From: Planctomycetota bacterium
GTDB taxonomy: Bacteria > Planctomycetota > UBA8108 > UBA1146
DNA: 34,730 bases
Assembly (NCBI GenBank): GCA_036338595.1
Contig: JAYZBV010000076.1
Location: forward strand, 1 to 34,730
Direction of reading: 5' to 3'
Shown: one piece after another, positions 1 through 7,086 of the stretch
Position numbering within the stretch: the stretch's first letter is position 1
Layout of the letters: each line of letters begins with the position of its first letter
The notes under the pieces: generated by a model
What the model saw: only the letters and a program-made list of their open reading frames with translations
The model's database searches: none
What the model was told of the DNA's origin: nothing
Program-made: the position numbers and the translations under genes

Positions 1-12
1 AGGTCGGAAGAT

Positions 13-51
13 CGGGCCGGTCGTCCATCGGACGACCGGCCCGGTTTTTTT
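13..51 (+). terminator. Intrinsic terminator immediately upstream of the inositol-3-phosphate synthase RBS
   Basis: Perfect 14-bp inverted repeat CGGGCCGGTCGTCC (13-26) / GGACGACCGGCCCG (30-43), loop ATC, then T7 (45-51); GGGAGG follows at 52-57. Confidence 0.85.
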
Positions 52-65
52 GGGAGGATGTTACG

Positions 66-1265
66 TTGGCCCGCACGGGAGTCTGGCTGGTAGGTGCTCG
101 AGGTGGTGTCTCCACCACCGTGATCGCGGGCCTAGCCGCGATGAAACGGCAACTGACAGCGAGCATCGGACTGCTCACCGAGACCTCCCTGTTCGCGCAG
201 TGCGACCTTCCTTCCATCGAGGATCTGATCATCGGTGGTCATGAGATTCGCGACGGGTCGCTTCGAGCGAGTGCTGAAGCCATCTGCTCCGATAGCGGCA
301 GCATCTCTCACGACATCATCGAGGCAGTCAGTGACGACCTGGAGCAAGCGGATCAACAGATTCGCCCCGGAGTGTTGCTCAATGCTGGCGAGGCCATCCT
401 CTCACTACAAGGCATCGATCGATCCTGCATCTCCGATCATCCCGCTCCTGCTCTGGAGAGGATCGAATCTGACCTGCGACAATTCATCGAGGATCAACAG
501 ATCGATGGATTGGTGGTGGTCAATCTTTCTTCGACGGAGGCAGCCCTTGCGCCACACCCATGCCACCAGACAGCAGCAGAGATGCGGCGACAACTCGCAG
601 CTGGATCGGCTGAACCGTTCAGCTCCAGTACTCTCTACGCCATCGCCGCAGCTCACGTTGGCGCGTCCTTCGTCAACTTCACTCCCTCACCTGGAGCACT
701 GTTACCGGCAACCTGCGAACTGCTGGAGGAGCACGGATGTGCCTACGCAGGGAGCGACGGAAAGACGGGAGAGACCCTGGTCAAGTCGGCGCTGGCGCCG
801 ATGTTTCTCCAGAGGGCCCTCAAGGTCCTGTCGTGGCAGGGCTACAACATGCTCGGTGATCGAGATGGGGAAATCCTGGCCCATGCAGACAATCGCCAGA
901 CCAAGATCGACTCGAAGGGGGAACTGATCGAGCAGATTCTGGGTGCCGATGTTCACAGCCAGGTGTCGATCGACTATGTCCCTAGCCTGGGAGATAACAA
1001 GACCGCCTGGGATCTGATCCACTTCGAGGGTTTCCTGGGCCACAAGATGACGATGCAGTTCACCTGGCAAGGCTGCGACGCTGTGCTGGCCGCTCCGCTG
1101 GTACTCGATCTGTGCCGGATGCTGGAGTGGGCCAGAAGGCGTGGTGATTCGGGGCTTCAGCGTCAGTGTGGGCTTTTCTTCAAGAGCCCCCATGCATCGG
1201 ACGTCTTCGATCTGCCAACCCAGTACCACACTCTCACCGAGTACATCGAGCAGTCTAGGGGCTGA
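66..1265 (+). CDS. ino1: Inositol-3-phosphate (myo-inositol-1-phosphate) synthase
   Basis: N-terminal Rossmann GVWLVGARGGVSTT, VVVNLSSTE, VNFTPS, GSDGKTGET, YNMLGDRDG, DNKTAWD, GCDAVLAAPLVLDL, FFKSP; SD GGGAGG 8 nt before TTG. Confidence 0.93.
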   Translation: MARTGVWLVGARGGVSTTVIAGLAAMKRQLTASIGLLTETSLFAQCDLPSIEDLIIGGHEIRDGSLRASAEAICSDSGSISHDIIEAVSDDLEQADQQIRPGVLLNAGEAILSLQGIDRSCISDHPAPALERIESDLRQFIEDQQIDGLVVVNLSSTEAALAPHPCHQTAAEMRRQLAAGSAEPFSSSTLYAIAAAHVGASFVNFTPSPGALLPATCELLEEHGCAYAGSDGKTGETLVKSALAPMFLQRALKVLSWQGYNMLGDRDGEILAHADNRQTKIDSKGELIEQILGADVHSQVSIDYVPSLGDNKTAWDLIHFEGFLGHKMTMQFTWQGCDAVLAAPLVLDLCRMLEWARRRGDSGLQRQCGLFFKSPHASDVFDLPTQYHTLTEYIEQSRG

Positions 1266-1322
1266 TCCCGACCTCGTTGCGTCAAGATCCAGGCCTGCTC
1301 GGCACCACAGTTTCTCTCCCGG

Positions 1323-1365
1323 AAAAAAAAGAGGCGCAACTGGTAGAGGATACCAGCCGCGCCTC
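1323..1365 (-). terminator. Intrinsic terminator of the candidate sRNA
   Basis: Minus strand GAGGCGCGGCTGGTA-TCCTC-TACCAGTTGCGCCTC-T8; 15-bp stem whose two imperfect positions are G-U pairs only on the minus strand. Confidence 0.88.
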
Positions 1366-1391
1366 ATGGGCTCTGAAAGGTGGGATTCAGA
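1323..1391 (-). ncRNA. Candidate ~70-nt small RNA of unknown family
   Basis: Bounded by a near-consensus sigma70 promoter and a strong terminator; 5' hairpin UCUGAA-UCCCACCU-UUCAGA; no complete SD-led ORF inside. Confidence 0.65.
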
Positions 1392-1396
1392 CTTTC

Positions 1397-1425
1397 AATG
1401 TAAGTGAAGTACGCCCGATTGTCAA
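1397..1425 (-). promoter_or_regulatory. Sigma70-type promoter
   Basis: Minus strand TTGACA (1425-1420) - 17 nt - TACATT (1402-1397); palindrome GATTG-T-CAATC (1417-1427) overlaps the -35. Confidence 0.75.
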
Positions 1426-1458
1426 TCCCGTTGTACTACTGTTGGGCGGCTTCACCCC

Positions 1459-1511
1459 TCGAGAATCGCTGACTGCGTTCCAGCGCGCCTGGAATGCGTC
1501 AGCGGTCTCGA
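1459..1511 (+). repeat. Long intergenic inverted repeat / hairpin
   Basis: TCGAGA-a-TCGCTGAC-t-GCGTTCCAG-cgcgc-CTGGAATGC-GTCAGCGG-TCTCGA: 23 bp including two G-U pairs on the + strand, two single-nt bulges. Confidence 0.7.
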
Positions 1512-1686
1512 AAACTCGTGGACCTGTCTCGGAGGTCCCTCTTGGCTCCACATCCGAAGCAACGCCCCGGCAGGACAGAGCGTTCCTGAACTTCCGAAAA
1601 ACTTATGGGTGCCAGGGGGCTCGACTACAGTCGTGGATGCTGACGATCCGGAATGTGCTGGAGATCGCAGCCAGTACGCGGAGAGA

Positions 1687-2070
1687 TCAGGTGGATAGAC
1701 CCGGATCTTCATTCTTGGGTGCTGGCAACACCTCACCATAGTAGGCCAGCGCATCCTGGAGGAATAATCTCAACTCTGCAGGAAGCAGGATCTTGTCGAG
1801 TCTCTCCACTTCACGGTCACCGTCAAAAAGCGCCAGAGTCGGTACCGTTCTGATCGAGAACTTTTGTAATTTTTTCACATCCTGGAGGGGCACATCCACG
1901 GTTGCGATCTGTAGTTGTCCGACAAAGTCGGGAGCGATCAGTGCCAGACTCCTCTGAGCGAAACCGCAGGAGGAAACGAGCGGTGAACCGAAGTGGACCA
2001 GCATCAAACCGTCGTTGGATTCGAGTCTCTGATCCAATTGATCTATATCAAGGAACAAGAACTGACTCAT
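1687..2070 (-). CDS. Thioredoxin-fold protein lacking the CxxC motif
   Basis: LMLVHFGSPLVSSC in place of VLVDFWAxWCxxC; IATVDV, KFSIRTVPTLALF (cis-Pro), GDREVERL; SD-like GGAAGGTG. Confidence 0.8.
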   Translation of the reverse strand: MSQFLFLDIDQLDQRLESNDGLMLVHFGSPLVSSCGFAQRSLALIAPDFVGQLQIATVDVPLQDVKKLQKFSIRTVPTLALFDGDREVERLDKILLPAELRLFLQDALAYYGEVLPAPKNEDPGLST

Positions 2071-2073
2071 CTT

Positions 2074-2265
2074 TCACCTTCCCACCAGCTGCCGATTCTC
2101 CCCTGAATGGGCAATTTCCCTGCCAACAAGGCAATAATAGCACGCAGCCATAGTGGGATCGCTCTGCACACGCTCTCTGCGACAACTGTGGCATGAAAGG
2201 ATGGTTGCGACAGGTGAGGGATACAGTGTCGATTGCCGAGACAGGAGTTGCTGTATAGGATTCAC
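2074..2265 (-). CDS. Possible small zinc-ribbon protein (start uncertain; ORF open to 2313)
   Basis: CHSC-x13-CYYC; stop lies 3 nt upstream of the thioredoxin ATG; fills an otherwise empty gap. Confidence 0.35.
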   Translation of the reverse strand: MNPIQQLLSRQSTLYPSPVATILSCHSCRRERVQSDPTMAACYYCLVGREIAHSGENRQLVGR

Positions 2266-2334
2266 CCGGTAATCGATTCCATCTGGCTGTTGGATACATT
2301 CATTCCGAACCATTTCTCACCAAGGAGTGCATTG

Positions 2335-3426
2335 ATGACTTTTGACAAAAACCTCGTGGTCGAAACGGTGAATCAACTGCTGAATGAGATTCCTGTTCCT
2401 GGAACGTCGAGCAGCATCGTGAAAGCGGGAGTGATTCAGCGCGTGATCGCTCACGAGGGAGAAGTGACGGTAGTGATCCAGTTTCCTGCGGGCCTCACCG
2501 CCCAGGAGGGTTCGATCTCCGAACGGATCGAAGAGGTAGTTCGTACGATCGATGGCGTCGATAAGGTCACTCTTCTGCATCGTACCGAGACACCCGCTGC
2601 TGCACCCGATGCTGCTGCGGGTGCGCCAGGCCCAGGTCCATCCGCGGTCGGCGCCCAGGATATTCCAGGAGTGAGTCATGTGATTGCGGTCGCCAGCGGC
2701 AAGGGGGGTGTCGGGAAATCAACGATTGCGGTCAACCTGGCCCTGGCGCTGGCTGCCAGGGGGCTTCGTATCGGATTGCTCGATGCAGATGTCTATGGTC
2801 CCTCGACTCCCAAGATGCTCGGTACCGAGGAGGCTCGTCCTCAAGCCACCCAGGAGGAGACCATCGTGCCCATCGAGGTACACGGCCTGAAGACGATGTC
2901 GATCGGGTACTTGCTCGAAGATGACTCGCCGGTGATCTGGCGCGGCCCGATGGTCACGGGGCTGCTACGCCAGTTTCTGTTCCAGGTAGAATGGGGCAAA
3001 CTCGATTATCTGGTGCTCGATCTTCCACCTGGAACCGGAGATGCCCAGTTGACCCTGGTTCAGTCGATCGCTCTCGCAGGGGGCGTGATCGTCACGACTC
3101 CCCAGGATGTGGCGCTGCTCGATGTGCAAAGAGGCATCCAGATGTTCCAGCGCACCAATGTACCGATCCTGGGAATACTCGAGAACATGAGTGGCTTCGA
3201 ATGCTCCTCCTGTGGGCACGTCACGGAGATCTTTCGTGGCGGCGGTGGAGAAGACGCTGCGAAGCGTTACTCGGTACCATTCCTGGGCAAGATCCCGCTC
3301 GATCCACAGACGGCACTCAGTTGCGATGGAGGCTCCCCTGTGATGCTCTCCGATCCAACGGGAGCACTGGGGTCGGTGATGACCAGCGCCAGCGAACAGA
3401 TCGTGTCCCTCGTCGCTGCAGGTTGA
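2335..3426 (+). CDS. mrp: Mrp/NBP35 Fe-S cluster carrier ATPase (ApbC) with N-terminal DUF59-like domain
   Basis: ASGKGGVGKST, DADVYGPS, VIWRGPM, DLPPGTGD, VTTPQ, ENMS..CSSC; SD AGGAG before ATG 2335. Confidence 0.95.
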   Translation: MTFDKNLVVETVNQLLNEIPVPGTSSSIVKAGVIQRVIAHEGEVTVVIQFPAGLTAQEGSISERIEEVVRTIDGVDKVTLLHRTETPAAAPDAAAGAPGPGPSAVGAQDIPGVSHVIAVASGKGGVGKSTIAVNLALALAARGLRIGLLDADVYGPSTPKMLGTEEARPQATQEETIVPIEVHGLKTMSIGYLLEDDSPVIWRGPMVTGLLRQFLFQVEWGKLDYLVLDLPPGTGDAQLTLVQSIALAGGVIVTTPQDVALLDVQRGIQMFQRTNVPILGILENMSGFECSSCGHVTEIFRGGGGEDAAKRYSVPFLGKIPLDPQTALSCDGGSPVMLSDPTGALGSVMTSASEQIVSLVAAG

Positions 3427-3454
3427 TTTTCCACCCACTTCGGTGTGAGACAGT

Positions 3455-4495
3455 TCAAGTCGATGCCCGCTGAAGCCAGTGACGCGCCTCATCGATCACC
3501 TGCTGCGGTTCGATGAGAGTCATGCAGTTGTGATGCTCCAGTGGACACACCTTCATCTGGCACGGGCTGCAATCCACATCCTCCCTGCGAATCACGCTCG
3601 TGATCTCGAGGTATGCATCGGTGTAGTCAGGGCTCGTGGGCCCCATCAGGACCACCTGTGGCGTCCCCATCCCGGCTGCGATGTGGCGAGGACCTGTATC
3701 TCCGGTGACCAGCAGAGCCAGCTGCCCCATCAGGTACTTGAGTTGATCGAGCGGCCACAGATCCTCGGAGAGGTCGACCACATCTCCGCCAATCAGTCCT
3801 CGAAGTTCCGAAGCCAGCGCCTCTTCTCCTGGGCCGCAGGTGATGAGCACTCCACAGCCATCCTGGTCGCGCAGGGTTCTCGCCACCTGTGCCATCCTGT
3901 CCAGTGGCCAGATCTTCGAGGGTCCAAATGCAGCCCCTGGATGAAATCCGATCCAGCGGCGATCCGATCGGACCGAAAGTGCCGACAGCCTCTCTGAAGC
4001 GGAAGCAGCCACCTGATCCGAAACAGCCAGCATCGATCCGTGTCCATCCCCCGAAGCACCGAGCGGAGCGACCACCTCCAGATACTCGTGATGCATGGGG
4101 ATCGCCCGGCGCCCGGCCGACAATCTGTGCGGAAGCAGGGGATCGGTCAGAAGCCACCCTCGGCCCTGGCGAGCAAATCCGATGCGCCGGGGCACACCGC
4201 CTCTCCACATCTCCCAGGCTGTGCGAAATGAATGAGGAAAGACCAGGCCTACATCTGCTGAGAAAGTTGAGATGGAAGTGACATTCTTCGACACTTTTGC
4301 AGATCCAGAAGATGTCTGGACCCATTCGTCGAAGAGGGATGCATCATCGAGCAGTGGTTCGAGGTGCGCCCCCCCCATCAAGGCTATATGTGCATCGGGC
4401 TGGCTGCGCCGGACAGCACGGAGTGCACCTGTAGCCATCACTGCATCACCGACCCAGGTCGGCATACGGATCAGAATCCGTGCTGGGTCAGCCAC
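3455..4495 (-). CDS. waaF: GT9 LPS heptosyltransferase II-like
   Basis: ILIRMPTWVGDAVMA, HPGAAFGPSKIWP, GDTGPRHIA, GPT, C-terminal CSPC..CPLEHHNCM; start moved to GTG 4495 just after the pilT stop. Confidence 0.88.
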   Translation of the reverse strand: MADPARILIRMPTWVGDAVMATGALRAVRRSQPDAHIALMGGAHLEPLLDDASLFDEWVQTSSGSAKVSKNVTSISTFSADVGLVFPHSFRTAWEMWRGGVPRRIGFARQGRGWLLTDPLLPHRLSAGRRAIPMHHEYLEVVAPLGASGDGHGSMLAVSDQVAASASERLSALSVRSDRRWIGFHPGAAFGPSKIWPLDRMAQVARTLRDQDGCGVLITCGPGEEALASELRGLIGGDVVDLSEDLWPLDQLKYLMGQLALLVTGDTGPRHIAAGMGTPQVVLMGPTSPDYTDAYLEITSVIRREDVDCSPCQMKVCPLEHHNCMTLIEPQQVIDEARHWLQRAST

Positions 4496-4499
4496 GGGA

Positions 4500-5564
4500 T
4501 CAACCCTTCTGAAAGTGCTGGAATTTTTTCTTCTCGGCAGCCCAACGGAAAGCATGCTCAGGACTGATGTGGCCACTCTTCAGCGCAACCATGATGGCAT
4601 CGTCCATCAATTGCATTCCCTTACCTCGCCCTCCCTCGATGAGCGACACAATCTTGTGAACAGCACCTTCACGGATGATGTTTGGCAAGGACCCGTCATA
4701 GAACAACAACTCGTTGACCGCAACACGCCCTTTACCGTCACTCCTTGGAATCAGCAACTGAGCGATGATCCCCTTGAGGGAGGAGGAGAGCATTGTTCTG
4801 ACCTGGTTCTGCTGATCCTCCGGAAACACGTCGATGATCCGGTCGATGGTCTTGGCGGCACTGTTGGTGTGCAGCGTCGCAAAGACCAGGTACCCCATTT
4901 CGGCTGCAGTGATGGCGAGTCCAATCGTCTCAAGATCTCGTAGTTCTCCAACCAGAATCACATCCGGATCCTGCCGGCTCACTGAACGCAATGCCCTCGC
5001 AAATGAGTCCGTATCGATCCCCACCTCGCGCTGGGTGATCTGGGACTGCTTGTTCTGGTGAACAAACTCGATCGGCTCCTCGATGGTCACGATATGGCGC
5101 GACTGATTGCGATTGATGAAGTCGATCAGCGCAGCCAGCGTCGTCGACTTGCCGCTGCCGGTCGGCCCGGTGCACAGGATCAGTCCGTTTCGAAGTTTGC
5201 AGAAGTCCTCGATGTGTGAGGGAATCCCCAGTTCCTGTACCGTCTTGATCTCTTCAGGGATCAGTCTGAAAACCCCCGACATTCCATGTTGCTGACGAAA
5301 GAAACTGCAGCGAAACCTCGCCATTCCTGGAATCGCATAGGCCCAGTCGAGGTCATTCTTGTCGTCAAAGGTCTTTCGTCGCTTCTCATCGAGGGAAGGC
5401 AGTAGCAGGTCCTCGACTTGCTTGTTTGTGAGCGGCTCCTTGGAAATAGGTCGCAGGTGACCGTGCACGCGGATTTTTGGCGGCATGCCGGCACTGAGGT
5501 GAAGGTCGGATCCTTCCACCTCACGGATCTTACGGAGCAGTTTTTCCAGTTGTTCGTTGGCCAT
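4500..5564 (-). CDS. pilT: Type IV pilus retraction ATPase PilT
   Basis: SDLHLSAG, Walker A GPTGSGKSTT, TIEEPIEF, QREVG, RQDPDVILVGELRD, TLHTN, NIIRE. Confidence 0.95.
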   Translation of the reverse strand: MANEQLEKLLRKIREVEGSDLHLSAGMPPKIRVHGHLRPISKEPLTNKQVEDLLLPSLDEKRRKTFDDKNDLDWAYAIPGMARFRCSFFRQQHGMSGVFRLIPEEIKTVQELGIPSHIEDFCKLRNGLILCTGPTGSGKSTTLAALIDFINRNQSRHIVTIEEPIEFVHQNKQSQITQREVGIDTDSFARALRSVSRQDPDVILVGELRDLETIGLAITAAEMGYLVFATLHTNSAAKTIDRIIDVFPEDQQNQVRTMLSSSLKGIIAQLLIPRSDGKGRVAVNELLFYDGSLPNIIREGAVHKIVSLIEGGRGKGMQLMDDAIMVALKSGHISPEHAFRWAAEKKKFQHFQKG

Positions 5565-5572
5565 CCCTACTC

Positions 5573-6943
5573 CTAACCAGCCATCGCGGAGGGGTCCTCC
5601 GCATGGAACCGTGCCGATTCCGGGGTGACGATCCCATTTCTGAGCAGAACGCGGATCGAATCATCCATGGTGATCATGCCCTGCTTCCGTCCCGTCTGGA
5701 GCACCGAGGCGAGCTGGTATGTTTTCCCCTCCCTGATCAGGTTTCCCACCGCAGGAGTGGAGAACATGATCTCGAAAGCGGGTTCCACACCGGTCCCGTC
5801 TTTTCTGGGCAGCAACTGCTGAGAAATCACACCTCGCATCGATTCTGACACCATCGCCCTGATCTGCTCCTGCTCCCGAGGAGGGAACACATCGATCAAT
5901 CGATCGATCGATCGTACTGCGTTGGTCGTGTGAAGTGTCGCCAGGACCAGGTGCCCTGTCTCCGCAGCAGTGATCGCCATCGATATCGTTTCAACATCGC
6001 GCATCTCACCGACCATGATCACATCCGGATCCGCCCTCATGGCAGATCTCAATGCCGTGTAATTGGTTTCAGTGTGGTGATGAACATGCCGCTGATTGAT
6101 GTTACAGCCAGCGGGCGTGAAGATGTACTCGATCGGATCCTCAACCGTCACGATGTGGTCATTTCTTTCCTGATTGATCCGCTCGACGATCGCAGCCAGT
6201 GTCGCGGACTTGCCGCAACCTGCCGGCCCCGTGACCAGCACGATGCCCTGGCTGTACTGGGTGAATCTGGTCAGCGTGTCAGGGAGATGCAGATCATCAA
6301 ATGAAGGAACCACATCGGGAATGATTCGAAAGACCGCTTCCAGACCCTTTCGCTGCTTGAAACAGTTGGTCCTGTAACGGCCTCCCTCTTCATCCTCGAG
6401 ACAGAAGTCGAGATCGAGCTCCGCTTCCAGGTGTTTCCATTGTTTCTCATCGAGGAATTCCTTGATGGTCTTGGCCGTGTCCTCTGCAGTCAGTACAGGA
6501 TGTTTCCATCGCAAGAGATGACCGTGAAGTCTGACCAACGGTGGCGAATCGACCTGGAAGTGGAAATCAGCGCAGCCCAGTTCTCGTGCCTTGCGGAGGT
6601 ACTCCACCAGCGGCTTTCCGTGCAGCGAACTGAAATCCATCCGTTCGACTTCTGCAACGGAGATCGCTCCTTCCCTGCTGGCAGCGCTGCTGGCTCCTGA
6701 CGGCTGCTGGTCAGCGGAGGAGTTGCGTTCTGATACCTTTTTAGAAATCGCCTCGGCGTGTTTCTCGGAGATCAGTCCTGCCGAGACGAGCGCCGCCCCC
6801 AGATCTGCGCCGGAAGCGAGTGTCGACATCACCTTGCGCAGGTCAGATTCCTCTACCAATCGATTCTTGAGGACGATGCGGCCAAATAGGGACGCTGCGT
6901 TGGAGGGCCGATCGGCGGTCCCCTCCTTCGTCTCATCAGTCAT
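5573..6943 (-). CDS. pilT: PilT/PilU-family ATPase with ~100-aa N-terminal MshEN-like extension
   Basis: GPAGCGKSAT, TVEDPIEY, RADPDVIMVGEMRD, AETGHLVLATLHT, AVGNLIRE; N-terminus LFGRIVLKNRLV...DLGAALVSAGLI. Confidence 0.92.
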   Translation of the reverse strand: MTDETKEGTADRPSNAASLFGRIVLKNRLVEESDLRKVMSTLASGADLGAALVSAGLISEKHAEAISKKVSERNSSADQQPSGASSAASREGAISVAEVERMDFSSLHGKPLVEYLRKARELGCADFHFQVDSPPLVRLHGHLLRWKHPVLTAEDTAKTIKEFLDEKQWKHLEAELDLDFCLEDEEGGRYRTNCFKQRKGLEAVFRIIPDVVPSFDDLHLPDTLTRFTQYSQGIVLVTGPAGCGKSATLAAIVERINQERNDHIVTVEDPIEYIFTPAGCNINQRHVHHHTETNYTALRSAMRADPDVIMVGEMRDVETISMAITAAETGHLVLATLHTTNAVRSIDRLIDVFPPREQEQIRAMVSESMRGVISQQLLPRKDGTGVEPAFEIMFSTPAVGNLIREGKTYQLASVLQTGRKQGMITMDDSIRVLLRNGIVTPESARFHAEDPSAMAG

Positions 6944-7086
6944 GGCAAGCTCCCGGTTCGAGCGAATGAGTCCCCTGGAGTGGGCTCCGGAAAATGAAAT
7001 CGTCCGATGGGCACCCCGCAGGGTGAGGTCCGGAATGGGCTCTCCGGATCAGACGCTGACCACACCCGCGGCGTGGAGACTGCATC

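Noticed and set aside
1445..1630. Possible 6S RNA, SRP RNA or cobalamin riboswitch
   Set aside because: The 5' part pairs locally rather than end-to-end, and the diagnostic conserved motifs are not present
1277..1741. 154-aa + strand ORF spanning the sRNA region
   Set aside because: TTG start without an SD, no recognisable motif, overlaps the thioredoxin antisense; promoter, terminator and hairpins explain the region better
2080..2086. GGUGGGA in the thioredoxin leader (also 10900-10906 in the MshEN leader) complementary to the sRNA loop
   Set aside because: The same 7-mer occurs many times inside CDSs in this window, so it is not significant without proper target prediction
5899..5914. (ATCG)4 microsatellite in pilT and general abundance of GATC/ATCGAT
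   Set aside because: Encodes the conserved RSIDR segment; too short for phase variation and plausibly codon-driven; enrichment could not be computed
6964..7048. Mini CRISPR array
   Set aside because: Units are too short and degenerate, there are no spacer-length gaps and no cas genes
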